From NCBI GenBank assembly GCA_963794325.1, contig CAWCDG010000003.1, forward strand, positions 392,792-456,791: DNA of 64,000 nt, given 5' to 3'. Under the pieces are notes generated by a model, which was not told where the DNA came from, ran no database searches, and saw only the letters and a program-made list of their open reading frames with translations. The number at the start of each line of letters is the position of its first letter. Position 1 is the first letter of the stretch. Below are positions 38,825-48,911 of the stretch, piece by piece. The stretch comes from an uncultured delta proteobacterium. GTDB lineage: Bacteria > Desulfobacterota > Binatia > Binatales > Binataceae. A program made the translations under genes and the position numbers.

Positions 38825-39460
38825 CTATTTGCGCGGGCGAACTTTGAAGCGGCGGGAAGCGTGTCGCGATTTAAGCTGAATCGCAATCGCAATCGCTACC
38901 ACGAGCAGTATCTCCCAGAACAGCAGCACGTTGGCGTGATCGAACTTGCTGTACCATACGTCCGCAACGGGAGCTTCGCTGACTGGCGCACCGATAGTGG
39001 CGCTAAATTTGTCCTGCATTCGCGACATCAGGAGGATGGCATTCCACGCCAGGCCCGCGACCAGTACGATCACCCAGAAGATCACGCCGAACTGCTCGGG
39101 GAGGCGGCGACGGTTGATGCTATCGAGCGAACCGGGCTCGGGGATAATCATTGGCGCGACCCGATGCGCGCTGTTGCGGTGTTCGGGAGCTTCTGCGAGC
39201 TCGTTTCGCTCAGGGGGCGTGGGAAAAAGGGTAGTGTGATCGACCCCAGGGCTGCTCGCCTCGCGAATCTGGCGCAGGATGAAAAGCATGTCCTGTTTGC
39301 AGGTCAGAGTTCCCAACAGCGCGCATTTTGACAGCGCTTCGACCTCCTGAGGTGTGATGTGGAGGCGTGCGATCAGCTCATGGTCGTTGCGGATTTGTTC
39401 GAGAATCGCAGCCTCTGCGCGGGGCGCGAGGTCTGGTTTAGCTTTTGGATCGGCTTTCAT
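38825..39460 (-). CDS. Hypothetical membrane protein (soluble N-terminal domain plus two TM helices)
   Basis: ORF with two C-terminal hydrophobic helices. Confidence 0.6.
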   Translation of the reverse strand: MKADPKAKPDLAPRAEAAILEQIRNDHELIARLHITPQEVEALSKCALLGTLTCKQDMLFILRQIREASSPGVDHTTLFPTPPERNELAEAPEHRNSAHRVAPMIIPEPGSLDSINRRRLPEQFGVIFWVIVLVAGLAWNAILLMSRMQDKFSATIGAPVSEAPVADVWYSKFDHANVLLFWEILLVVAIAIAIQLKSRHASRRFKVRPRK

Positions 39461-39729
39461 GGAGCGAAATTCTGACTCCGGGCGCGCCTTAAAGCAAGAC
39501 TAAAGGAGACGTGAGACGTATAGGACTTGAAAACACCCGTTAGAGACGCGATAAAACGCAATAGATAAAGCACATTGTAAGAATTATCTACCCAAGGTAG
39601 GCTCACATCCAATCGGGACAGGCGAAGGTGTAGCGAACCCCTACTTTTAGTAAGTGGCGCGATCGTCTTTTCAATTTGTTTCGATTCAAAGATTGCAGAA
39701 ACATTAAAGTTGGAACCTGATTATTTCCT

Positions 39730-40173
39730 GTGGCACTCACCTTCAAATCACTACTGAAACCTTCGTCAGGCCTTCGCGGCAGCGCATTCATTCGCATAGC
39801 GGTAGGCATAATTTTCTTCACCCAGGGAATCCTGAAATACATCGATCCGCACATGGGAGTGATGCGGTTTGCGCGCATCGGGTTTCCAATGCCGAATGTT
39901 ACGGCTCACGTCGTCGGCGCCGTCGAGATCGTCTGCGGGCTACTGGTCCTGTTGGGAATGTTCACCAGGCTCGCGAGCATCCCGCTGCTGATCGTGATCC
40001 TGACGGCAATCGCGACGACCAAGATTCCCGAATTGTTTCACGCGAATCAGGGCTTCTGGTTCATGGTCAGCGACGCACGGACTGACTTTGCGATGACGAT
40101 GAGTCTGCTTTTTCTCATCAGCGTCGGCGGCGGATCATTCGCCAGCCGGATCTGGCGGCGAAAGATCTGGTGA
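39730..40173 (+). CDS. DoxX family membrane protein
   Basis: RIAVG, EIVCGLLVLLGMFTR. Confidence 0.85.
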   Translation: MALTFKSLLKPSSGLRGSAFIRIAVGIIFFTQGILKYIDPHMGVMRFARIGFPMPNVTAHVVGAVEIVCGLLVLLGMFTRLASIPLLIVILTAIATTKIPELFHANQGFWFMVSDARTDFAMTMSLLFLISVGGGSFASRIWRRKIW

Positions 40174-40313
40174 GTTCAATCGCAAGAAGGGCTGGCGCGC
40201 TACAGCCGGAGCGGGCTGATGTTTCCTGCGTGCTTCAAAACTTGCGACTGTCTCCGCGACATCGCGCCATGCGATAATTCCAGGGCAGCGTCGAACCAGG
40301 AGGCCTTCGCACG

Positions 40314-41231
40314 ATGAGCACCAAGTGCGGCATTTCGATCCCACAAACCTTCGAACAGTCGGTGGTTGACGTGGAGCTCATTCGTAAGTTCGTCGTTCGG
40401 GCGGAAACGCTGGGCTACGACAGCCTGTGGGTGCAGGAGCAAATGATCACCGACACGGCGATTCTCGAGCCCGTCGCGCTGCTCACATACGTCGCGGGAT
40501 TGACTTCGCGAGTACGCCTCGGCACCGCGGTACTCCTGACGGTGGTCCGCAATCCCGTGGAACTTGCGAAGACCCTGGCGACCATCGATCAGCTATGCGG
40601 GGGCCGTTTAGTCGTGGGCGTCGGGATCGGCGGAGCGACGACGCCTCATGAGATTTTCGGAGTGCCTCGCGAACATCGAGTGCGCCGGTTCGTCGAAGGG
40701 ATCAAAGTGATCAAGGCGCTGTGGACTCAGCCCAAGGCAACCGTCAGCGGCGACTTCTGGAATTTCACGGACGTCCCGATGGAACCTAAGCCGGCACAGA
40801 AGCCGCATCCTCCGATTTGGTTCGGCGCGCGGACCGAGGTCGCATTGAAGCGCGCCGCGCGGCTGGGCGACGGATGGATGGGCCCCGGGTCGTCATCGTC
40901 GGCGGAATTTGTACAGCACATGGAATGGATTCGTCGGTTGCTCGATGAGGTCAAGCGCGATCCCGCGACGTTTTCGATTTCGAAGCGCGTTTATATCGCG
41001 GTCGACGACAACCGCAACATCGCAGAGCAACGGCTGCGTCGATGGTTCGGCGCGCGGTACAAGCAGCCAGACATGGCGCCGCGCGTTTCAATTTTCGGCA
41101 GCCGCACCGAATGCGTGGACCAATTAGGAGCGCTGGTTAAGGCAGGGGCGCAGCACCTGCTGCTCGACCCGGTCTACGATCACGTCGAGCAGATGGAATT
41201 GCTCGCCACCGAAGTGGTCCCAGCACTCTGA
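40314..41231 (+). CDS. LLM-class flavin-dependent oxidoreductase
   Basis: GYDSLWV, RNPVELAK, PKPAQKPHPPIW, GDGW. Confidence 0.9.
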   Translation: MSTKCGISIPQTFEQSVVDVELIRKFVVRAETLGYDSLWVQEQMITDTAILEPVALLTYVAGLTSRVRLGTAVLLTVVRNPVELAKTLATIDQLCGGRLVVGVGIGGATTPHEIFGVPREHRVRRFVEGIKVIKALWTQPKATVSGDFWNFTDVPMEPKPAQKPHPPIWFGARTEVALKRAARLGDGWMGPGSSSSAEFVQHMEWIRRLLDEVKRDPATFSISKRVYIAVDDNRNIAEQRLRRWFGARYKQPDMAPRVSIFGSRTECVDQLGALVKAGAQHLLLDPVYDHVEQMELLATEVVPAL

Positions 41232-41319
41232 CCGGCATCGCTCCGCCCAAGGGTTTCGAGGCCGATTGACCAGCAGCAGAAATTGTTATACGTTTTCGTA
41301 GGAAAGGGTACATAAAGCC

Positions 41320-41580
41320 ATGCAGATTTCAGCCGAGATTTCCCTAGGCACCAGGCAGTTGCTCGAACGGTATTCGCGCGCTCATGGAGTCAAGAAGCAG
41401 TTCCTGATCGAGCGCGCACTGCTTCATCACATTCAGGCCCTGGAGGAACTTCCGGCCAGCGTTATCATTCCGCCGCGTCTGGTCGTAAGTGCGGCTAGCG
41501 GCCGCAAGATCGCGAAATTGGTGAGCAAGAAGCAAAAGCCGACGAGTGCGCTCGTGGAGCTGATGCGCGGTGGCGATTGA
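41320..41580 (+). CDS. RHH-type antitoxin (DUF1778/TacA-like role)
   Basis: Small protein overlapping a GNAT toxin start; C-terminus KPTSALVELMR. Confidence 0.7.
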   Translation: MQISAEISLGTRQLLERYSRAHGVKKQFLIERALLHHIQALEELPASVIIPPRLVVSAASGRKIAKLVSKKQKPTSALVELMRGGD

Positions 41581-42169
41581 GGTTCGCCTTCTCGGAGAAG
41601 CGGACGACCGAAGTTCCTTCCAGTCCGGCGATGAGCAACTCGACCTCTTTTTCCGGCGATATGCCGGCCAGAACCAGTTTCGTCATCACATCGGAACCAC
41701 CTACGTAGCAGTTGAGGGCGCGGCAATTCTCGGTTTCGCGACGGTGACGGTCGGCCACCTGGAAATCGAAAACCTTCCTTCAAGCTTGCGGAAGAAGTTG
41801 CCGGACTATCCCCTCCCGATTCTCAGGCTCGCTCGGCTGGCCGTCAAACAAAACGCTCAGGGTAAGGGCGTTGGCGAGCATCTCATGCGCACCGTGTTCT
41901 CGGTCGCGATTGAAATTCGCGAGAAGGTGGGCTGTGTCGGTGTCGTGGTCGATGCGAAGCCGGGCGCGGAGAACTACTATTCACGCTACGGATTTGTTGC
42001 GCTCGAAGTGATCGAAGGAGTGCTCGAGGAGCGTCCAGCGCCAAAGCCAATATTTCTGCCTCTGTCCGCCATCGTGCAGGCAAAACCGCACCGCCCGCCC
42101 GAAAACCCTCGATTAGCTCAAATTCACCTTAAGCGTTGCACAATCGATTTCCTCGGTACCGCTAGGTAA
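41570..42169 (+). CDS. GNAT toxin (AtaT/TacT-like)
   Basis: FQSGDEQLDLF, LARLAV-x4-QGKGVG, VVVDAK, YYSRYGF. Confidence 0.85.
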   Translation: MAIEVRLLGEADDRSSFQSGDEQLDLFFRRYAGQNQFRHHIGTTYVAVEGAAILGFATVTVGHLEIENLPSSLRKKLPDYPLPILRLARLAVKQNAQGKGVGEHLMRTVFSVAIEIREKVGCVGVVVDAKPGAENYYSRYGFVALEVIEGVLEERPAPKPIFLPLSAIVQAKPHRPPENPRLAQIHLKRCTIDFLGTAR

Positions 42170-42176
42170 CATTCAA

Positions 42177-42683
42177 ATGCCAAGACGCTACATTGGGCCG
42201 CTCACCCATGCGCAGATGGATTCTGGAATTGATTCCTGCCTCACGCACGCCGAAAGGCTAAAGCGGATCATCTCCAAGATAACTGGTATTGAACGCGGCT
42301 TGGCGTTTTCATTGGCTTGTATCCGGGTGGAGGAACTAACGAAGATCCTTTTGCTCATGGAAATGCGCACGGGACACCATGATAGGGAGAGTTGGTTGCG
42401 GTTCTGGAAGAAATTCAGAGACCATCGGGCGAAGTGGGGTGCATATGGAAAGTGGCGGTTCGAGCAAGACGGAGTAACGAACGAGCAAACGGCGCTTGAA
42501 CTCGGGGAGGTATTTTCGGCTTGGGCTCAAGAGAAGAATGTGGGCCTGTATGTCGATTACGACCCGAACATTGGATTTATTCAACCAGGGCTGCTTCCAG
42601 ACTTTCTCGCGTCGGCTTTGAAAATGGGCGATAAACTGAACAGAGAAATACGATCTATTCTCAGCGAGAGACGAAGTGCTTGA
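42177..42683 (+). CDS. AbiV-family (HEPN-like) abortive infection protein
   Basis: AFSLACIRVEELTK, FRDHRAK, KNVGLYVD pattern; lower GC than flanks. Confidence 0.72.
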   Translation: MPRRYIGPLTHAQMDSGIDSCLTHAERLKRIISKITGIERGLAFSLACIRVEELTKILLLMEMRTGHHDRESWLRFWKKFRDHRAKWGAYGKWRFEQDGVTNEQTALELGEVFSAWAQEKNVGLYVDYDPNIGFIQPGLLPDFLASALKMGDKLNREIRSILSERRSA

Positions 42684-42686
42684 GGA

Positions 42687-43118
42687 ATGAGGGAAGCACT
42701 CTATATGCGAACCATCTATCGACACTCAAGTGTGCCGTCCAACTGATCCGCCACGCCGTACTTGCCGGACGAACTGGAGAATGAGGAAGTTGGACCGGAT
42801 CTTCCCCTTGCAATTGATCCGTCTCACGTCTCTTTGCGGGTCGCGGCGCAGAGAAGTCGCTTTGTCATCTTCGGACGCGATCCGTCCGCGTTGCAGGTAA
42901 AGCTGAAGGAGAATGGTGCCAAGTTGCGTCAGATCGTCGTTAAGCGTGCGGCCCTCAAAAGCATCGCGGAGGAGTTGGAAATGAGCGGAGTATCTGAATC
43001 GACTATCTTTCCAGATCTCGACGGTCTTGGTCGCGAGATAGCTCTGACTTGGCAGCGAAATACTTGTAGCAGGAACTTGGCATCTCAGATTTCCGGTCGC
43101 CCTGCCGCCCGTTTTTGA
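42687..43118 (+). pseudogene. C-terminal fragment of an FRG-domain protein
   Basis: RVAAQRSRFVIFG...ELEMSGVSESTIFPDLDGL; N-terminal FRG motif missing; in-frame TGA at 42744-42746. Confidence 0.65.
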
Positions 43119-43184
43119 CAATCGCGTCCAAAAAGGGTGTGCCGGTTGGCTTCCCGAAGCTGGGAATGAGCTTCCTCTCCCCTT

Positions 43185-44303
43185 TTATGCACTTTTAATC
43201 ATTGTCGAACCAACAGATGAGGGGGCAGCCCCTACTGAGCGTCTGCGAATCAGACCGATGAACAGCAACACTATAATCAAGAAATTCAGGGTCATATGCA
43301 TTATCAGGCCGTGCGTGTCAGCCGGGTTAAGTGTCGGCGAAAGGTTTGACGCGTGGACTATCAACGAGCTCAATTGATAAAGTCCGACTACCACGCCCGC
43401 AACGATGCTCGGGCGGTGCCCGACCCAAAAGATGAATGCTGCCATCAAGCCAGCATCTACGAGTTGGCCAGCCGGAAAAGGTTGGAATCTAGCAGGCATG
43501 TCGCTCGCGGGTATGTTGCCGTGGAATAACATGAACAGCGCAAGTAGGAGCCAACACAACTGCCCGCCTTGTACCGCAAGAGCTGGAATCATTGGCCGCA
43601 CCGATTTTCTGACGAGACACCAAGCCACGAAGCCGGACAAAAGCGTGCCCAGGAACGGCCAGTAAAACGTCCATCCGAATGAGAGACCGCCTATCACGGA
43701 TAGTCCGACGGCAGCCCCTATGCCCACCAAGAGCAGCTCTGCTAGGACCGCGCGCCAGAAAGAAAACCGGTGAGCTTCGGCAACACATGAAAGGATCACA
43801 ATCCAAGACCAAATTCTAAGGGTCCATACTATTCCGCTCACGATCAGGGGATCCTTTCCTGGATCTAGTACAGCGTTAACCCCACCCCAGATCCCCGACG
43901 CAGCAGGAACGATTACCGGCTGTGTAAGGCCAGTTACGACGCTGAGTGACCGAACGCCACCGCCAATGATGGCGGGAATCCGGCCCCAAGCGTACGCGGC
44001 GCGCACGTCGGTTGGAGTGCCCACGCCGCCAAGGCGACGCCCCGCCCAAGCCATTATCACACCGAAAACGAACAGCCGAAGAATGCCACCTAGGCTGCCC
44101 CATATCGCGGCTAAGACGGCAGCCCGGGCCAGAATCGTTGTCGTTTGTTCCTCCGGTGTCACCACAATTGCTGCACGGCTGGCGAAATACCATACGGCGC
44201 CGCTCAGCGCAGCGAGTGGAATGACCCATTCCGTCGGGTTTGAATCGATTATGCCCCGAATCGTTGACCTAGGTCGGAGCTAGATGCCGATAAGGTTGTT
44301 CAT
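43185..44303 (-). pseudogene. Yip1-domain membrane protein with a premature TAG at codon 8
   Basis: MNNLIGI*LRPRSTIRGII continues in frame into ORF 43185..44165; VRAAYAW and VAEAHRFSFWRA motifs. Confidence 0.7.
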
Positions 44304-44400
44304 CCTTGGCGCCTCAGAATGTTCACGAAGTGAAGAATCCAAGTTCCACCTGGAGCGGGCAATATCAGCTCCCTTCGAAGAAGCGCACGCAATCGGCTTT

Positions 44401-44475
44401 TGGTGCCCCGGCCGGGAATCGAACCCGGACCTGAGGTTCCGGAGACCTCCGTGATGTCCTTTTCACTACCGGGGC
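44401..44475 (-). tRNA. tRNA-Arg(CCG)
   Basis: GCCCCGG...GAGGT-CTCCGGA-ACCTC...GGTTCGATTCC...CCGGGGCACCA cloverleaf with encoded CCA. Confidence 0.96.
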
Positions 44476-44543
44476 GTCGGATGCAGCAGAGGACAGAACT
44501 ATATCAGCAATCCGCCGCGGACAAGGCGAGCGATTGTTGATCG

Positions 44544-45374
44544 ATGCGACTTCCGCGCGGCAACATACTCGCGATGGCGACGACCGGCAGTTCCGATGCC
44601 GCGCGGCTCCTGCGCGAGCAATACAAGGACGGCTCGAATCTCTCGGCGCGCATCCGGCTGCATCAGCTTTTCAGCACCAATCGCTACGGGCAGATGCGAT
44701 GGATGTTCGATCAGATTCAGCTTCCCCAAAACGCGACCGTGCTCGAACTCGGCTGCGGCACCGGCGTTCTGTGGCGCGGCTCGGTTAAGGTTCCGCGCGA
44801 ATGGCGCGTTTTCTTAACCGACATGTCCGCCGGGATGCTCGATGAAACTCGCGGCAGTCTCGTGCGGCTGGGCCGGTCGTTCATTTATGCGCAAGCCGAC
44901 GCGCAGGCGATTCCGTTCCGGGATGCATCGTTCGACGGGGTGATCGCGAATCACATGCTCTACCACGTGCCCGATATCCCGCGCGCGCTGGATGAGATTC
45001 GCCGGGTGCTCAAGCCCGGAGGCTTCTGCTACGCGGCGACGATGGGTCTGGCGAATATGCGCGAGATGAACGAGCTTGCGGCGCGCTTCTTTTCGCTTCC
45101 CCGAATGTCCGAGTCGGCGGCGCGATTCGGCCTCGAGAGCGGCGAGGCCTACATGCGCGCCGCGTTCAGCGAGGTTAAGCTCGAACGTTATTCCGACTCG
45201 CTCGCAATCACCGAAGCCGCGCCGCTGATGGACTACATCTGCTCGACGCGCGTGCGACGCAGAATCAGCGACGAACAGATCGCCGCACTGCGCCAGCACG
45301 TCGAAAACGAAATCGCGACCCACGGCGAAATCCGGATGACCAAGGACTCGGGACTTTTCATCGCGCGGCGCTAA
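44544..45374 (+). CDS. Class I SAM-dependent methyltransferase
   Basis: VLELGCGTG, DMSAGM, IANHMLYHVPD, LKPGG. Confidence 0.88.
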   Translation: MRLPRGNILAMATTGSSDAARLLREQYKDGSNLSARIRLHQLFSTNRYGQMRWMFDQIQLPQNATVLELGCGTGVLWRGSVKVPREWRVFLTDMSAGMLDETRGSLVRLGRSFIYAQADAQAIPFRDASFDGVIANHMLYHVPDIPRALDEIRRVLKPGGFCYAATMGLANMREMNELAARFFSLPRMSESAARFGLESGEAYMRAAFSEVKLERYSDSLAITEAAPLMDYICSTRVRRRISDEQIAALRQHVENEIATHGEIRMTKDSGLFIARR

Positions 45375-46232
45375 TCAGTACAGAATCGACGGGATGAACG
45401 GGAAGCGCGGTTCGTTGTAGAGGCCGACGCTCATCAGGGTGTTCAGCTGCATCAGGCGCAGGCCTTTGCTGTAGCACCATCGGAGCAGCTCGCCGTTGCG
45501 CGACGGAATCAGCGGGCCGCATCCGGCGAACTCGGTTGCCGCCGAGATAAGCGCCTTGAGCTCGTTGTTCGACTCAGCGACCGCGTAGCCGCCGTAGCCG
45601 ATAGCGGTCGCGTAACCCGTGATGCGGCCCAGGTGCTCGACGACGTTCGCCGTTCCAGCCTTGATCGCGTCGCGCAATTCGCGGGCGCGTTCGTGTCCAT
45701 GTGCGGCGAAATGGATCTGGTCGCATGCGGCGACGTCGGCGTCAGTGGCGGCGCGAACCGGGTAGCCGGGGATCGATTCCTTGATCAGAGGCCCGATCAT
45801 CACCGACAGCGGCTCGCGGATTTCGAAACCGAGCTTCGCATACAGACTGAAAGATCGATTGTGATAAGCGACCTGCACCAGCCGGACGCCGGGGAGCCCG
45901 CTAGACGCGACGCGATCGAGAAAATGCTGCATCATCGCGCGTCCCGCGCCGCTGTTCTGCACCTCGGGATCGACGCTGATGGGCCCGATTCCGGCAATGG
46001 GCGCGCGCTCATCGAGGAAGTTGCTGCCGGCGATGCGGCCGTTCACTTCGGCGAGGATTCCGTAGAAGCCCGGATTCGAGATCATGCCGGTGAGCATGGC
46101 GACGGTGATTTCGAGCGACGGAAACTCGTGCGGAAAATTGTGCTGATCGGCCAGGGTGCCGAACGCGCGGTAACATATTTCTCCGCAAACCGCGGCGTCC
46201 TCGCGCGTCGCACGTCGAATCTTCGTTTCCAT
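45375..46232 (-). CDS. GNAT N-acetyltransferase (two-domain)
   Basis: IGPISVDPEVQNSGAG, LYAKLGF. Confidence 0.82.
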   Translation of the reverse strand: METKIRRATREDAAVCGEICYRAFGTLADQHNFPHEFPSLEITVAMLTGMISNPGFYGILAEVNGRIAGSNFLDERAPIAGIGPISVDPEVQNSGAGRAMMQHFLDRVASSGLPGVRLVQVAYHNRSFSLYAKLGFEIREPLSVMIGPLIKESIPGYPVRAATDADVAACDQIHFAAHGHERARELRDAIKAGTANVVEHLGRITGYATAIGYGGYAVAESNNELKALISAATEFAGCGPLIPSRNGELLRWCYSKGLRLMQLNTLMSVGLYNEPRFPFIPSILY

Positions 46233-46261
46233 CGGTATAGTTCTCCAGCGCTACGAAATTT

Positions 46262-47095
46262 CTACGCCGAAGCCTTGGTCTCGCGGAGCATCTCGGCGTG
46301 GCGGCGGTCGGCCTCGGGGCGCGTCTGCGCGATCGTTTCGACGAGCTCGTCATGAAGGCGTCCGTTAGTCGCGACGATATTCGCGCCGGTCAAATCGAGC
46401 GCGGAACCGTCCATGTTGGTGACGCGTCCGCGCGCTTCTTCGACAATCAGCGCGCCGGCGGCCACGTCCCATGCGCGCAGTCCGAACTCCCAGAAGCCAT
46501 CGGTGCGTCCCGCGGCGACGTAGGCAAGATCGAGCGCCGCCGACCCGGTGCGGCGAATACCCTGCGTTCGCGTCATGAGTTCTTCCCAGAAGCACATGTA
46601 GAAGCGGCGGCGCTCGCGGCGGTCGTACGCGAATCCGGTGCATAGCAGTGCGGAGCACAGATTGGGCGTCGCGCTCACGCGAATCGTTTTGCCGTTGAGG
46701 CGCGCGCCCTGTCCACGATTCGCGATGAAACATTCTTTCTTCAACGCGTCGTAAACCACGCCGAACTGCACGCGGCCGCGCCGCTCGTACGCAATCGACA
46801 CGCAGAATTGCGGATAGCCGTGCGCGAAGTTAGTGGTGCCGTCGAGCGGATCGATGATCCATCGATGGTCGCTCTGGTGCACGCTGGCGCCGCTTTCCTC
46901 CGCGAGGATCGCATGAGTGGGAAACGCGCGATGGATCACTTCGATGACCGCCGCTTCCGATTCGCGATCGGCTTCAGTGACGAGATCGATCGAGTTCGAT
47001 TTTCGATTGATAGTGATTCTGCTGAGCCGTTTGAGATGAATCCTGCCGGCGGCACGCGCGGCGCGGAGCGCAACCTGTTCGATTTCGTTGATCAC
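46262..47095 (-). CDS. suhB: Inositol monophosphatase family protein
   Basis: LVTEAD, WIIDPLDGTTNF, GSAALDL, WDVAAG. Confidence 0.92.
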   Translation of the reverse strand: MINEIEQVALRAARAAGRIHLKRLSRITINRKSNSIDLVTEADRESEAAVIEVIHRAFPTHAILAEESGASVHQSDHRWIIDPLDGTTNFAHGYPQFCVSIAYERRGRVQFGVVYDALKKECFIANRGQGARLNGKTIRVSATPNLCSALLCTGFAYDRRERRRFYMCFWEELMTRTQGIRRTGSAALDLAYVAAGRTDGFWEFGLRAWDVAAGALIVEEARGRVTNMDGSALDLTGANIVATNGRLHDELVETIAQTRPEADRRHAEMLRETKASA

Positions 47096-47202
47096 GATAA
47101 AGGAAAGTATTACTCGCGGGGGTGAAGCGTCCAGCGCGAAGCGCAGATCAATCGACAGTCGATGATGCTCGATCCTTCTTTGCGGTTTGAGCGAAGCGAT
47201 TT

Positions 47203-47436
47203 CCTAACCTCACCTTGTCCGAGGAGAGGTCGGCGCGAGCCGAAGGCGAGCGACGGGAGCGGTACAGCGCCAGACTGTTGCAACAACGCCTGTTGCGCTG
47301 CTGTCGAGCGGCGAACTCGTCTCTCTGTATTGAGATTAAACGAGTCGGGGTTGGTGGGATGTCGCACGTTGCACCTCTCCCGGCGACACCGCTGCGCGGC
47401 TTTCGCCGACCTCCCCTCGGACAAGGGGAGGTTAGG
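47203..47436. mobile_element. 234-bp MITE-like element with 33-bp terminal inverted repeats
   Basis: 47203-47235 matches the reverse complement of 47404-47436 at 31/33 positions. Confidence 0.65.
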
Positions 47437-47541
47437 ATCAAGCTGCCAGCGCTGGGTTTCGGCCACGCCGCTGCCAAGGGCCACCTTGCCGATCAGCTCC
47501 AGCGCCATTCGCAGCGCGAAGCGCAGATCAATCGACAACGC

Positions 47542-48889
47542 CTAGAGCGCAATCGTCACCTGCACGGCGAGCACCAACGTGTCGCTGATCAATCCGGTTC
47601 CATTCGGGCGGAACACGCCTTGTATATCCGGTTGCACGGTCAGCGATGGGGTCACGTTGTACATGTAGTTAGCCTCGATGATCGCTTCATGCGTCATCGC
47701 CGGCTGGTGACTCGCGCGCTCAGCATCGCGCAGATCGGTTGAAAACTGTCCCCAGAGACCAAACAGTCCTAACTCATCTTCGGGCCGGTGCGGAATCAGT
47801 CCGAAGTACAACAGACCCGCGTCCCAGAAATACTCATCCATGTTCATCTTCGGCGGCGCATAGGAGAAGGCGAGGAATCCCCACAGACCCTGATGAGGAT
47901 TGGTAGCGCCTCGGGCCGCCGAAGCAGTCGCTGTTGGCCGGTCACATACATTTGCCATGTGCCACCGCGCATCTTACCGGTCTTGAATTGCAGCCGCGGT
48001 TCGGAATCGTAGAGCCCGCCGATCTTGTACGTTCCCGGATAGCCGAGGTCTCGCATCGGCTTCGGCGAATAGCCTAGCTCCTCCATGATCGCGACGCCGG
48101 AGTTATGTCGCAGGCTGAAATCGACCCCGTGAAACTTGTCACTGCGAAAGTCCCGATAGGTGTTGTACGCTCCAGTCATCGAATAGAACTCCGGCGAGAC
48201 CGGTAGCGTGCGCGAATTCCCCAAGCCGCGCCCGGATAGCTCGGTACGTTGGCATTAGTCGGAATACTCAGCGGATTTCCGCAGAAGCCGAGGTTCTGCG
48301 CGAAACAGTAGTACGGCGACGTCGCGAAGTCGTCGAGGGCGTTGATGCGCCCGCCCACCACATCGAGCTTCTGATCGAAAAATAGATGCTCGACTGCCAA
48401 GTCCACCAGCCGAATTGTTTGATGGCCGTAAATCTGCTGCACCTGAAAAATGTTGGGAATGTCGTTGGACAGACTGTTGCCGGTGCGCTCCGACGCCGAA
48501 GCAAGGAAGTAGGTATCGCGAACGCCGAGCAGTCTCTGCAAATCCAAGGCGACCCCGAGCGCGACGTTGTGCGTGTAGCGAAGCTTGTGTAGCTCTCCGC
48601 CGGCCGGGTTGCCGGCCGATTCGCTTTGATACGTGCCGAACGACGAAATTCCCGCATCGGAGAGTTCGCTACGCACTCCATCCCAATCGCCGGTCGCTGC
48701 TGTCAGTTGCGCCCATGACCCGGGCAAGAACAAAATCTGAGGGTCGAGAATTCCCCATTCGGTCGCCCAATCCCCCTGCGTCGTGTGCATCCAGGGGGTT
48801 GAGAATGTCTGCGCGTGCACGGGCGTTTGCCAAACAAGGCCGGACAGCACGAATCCGAGAACCAGCAATGTTCGGAGCGACCGCCTCAT
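47542..48889 (-). pseudogene. OprB-family carbohydrate porin split by two frameshifts
   Basis: Three overlapping ORFs (48176..48889, 47844..48224, 47542..47958) join into ATGDWDGVR...QQIYG...FCGNP...EANY...VQPDIQ; shifts near 48200 and 47915. Confidence 0.82.
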
Positions 48890-48911
48890 GCTGGGCTCTC
48901 AGCACCAGCGC

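Noticed and set aside
41230-41320. attR duplicate of the tRNA-Arg 3' end
   Set aside because: No copy of TGGTGCCCCGGCC found at the left boundary of the islet.
42744-42746. In-frame TGA as possible selenocysteine (and TAG at 44280 as pyrrolysine)
   Set aside because: No SECIS-like hairpin recognised and the contexts are degraded genes; simple nonsense mutation is more parsimonious.
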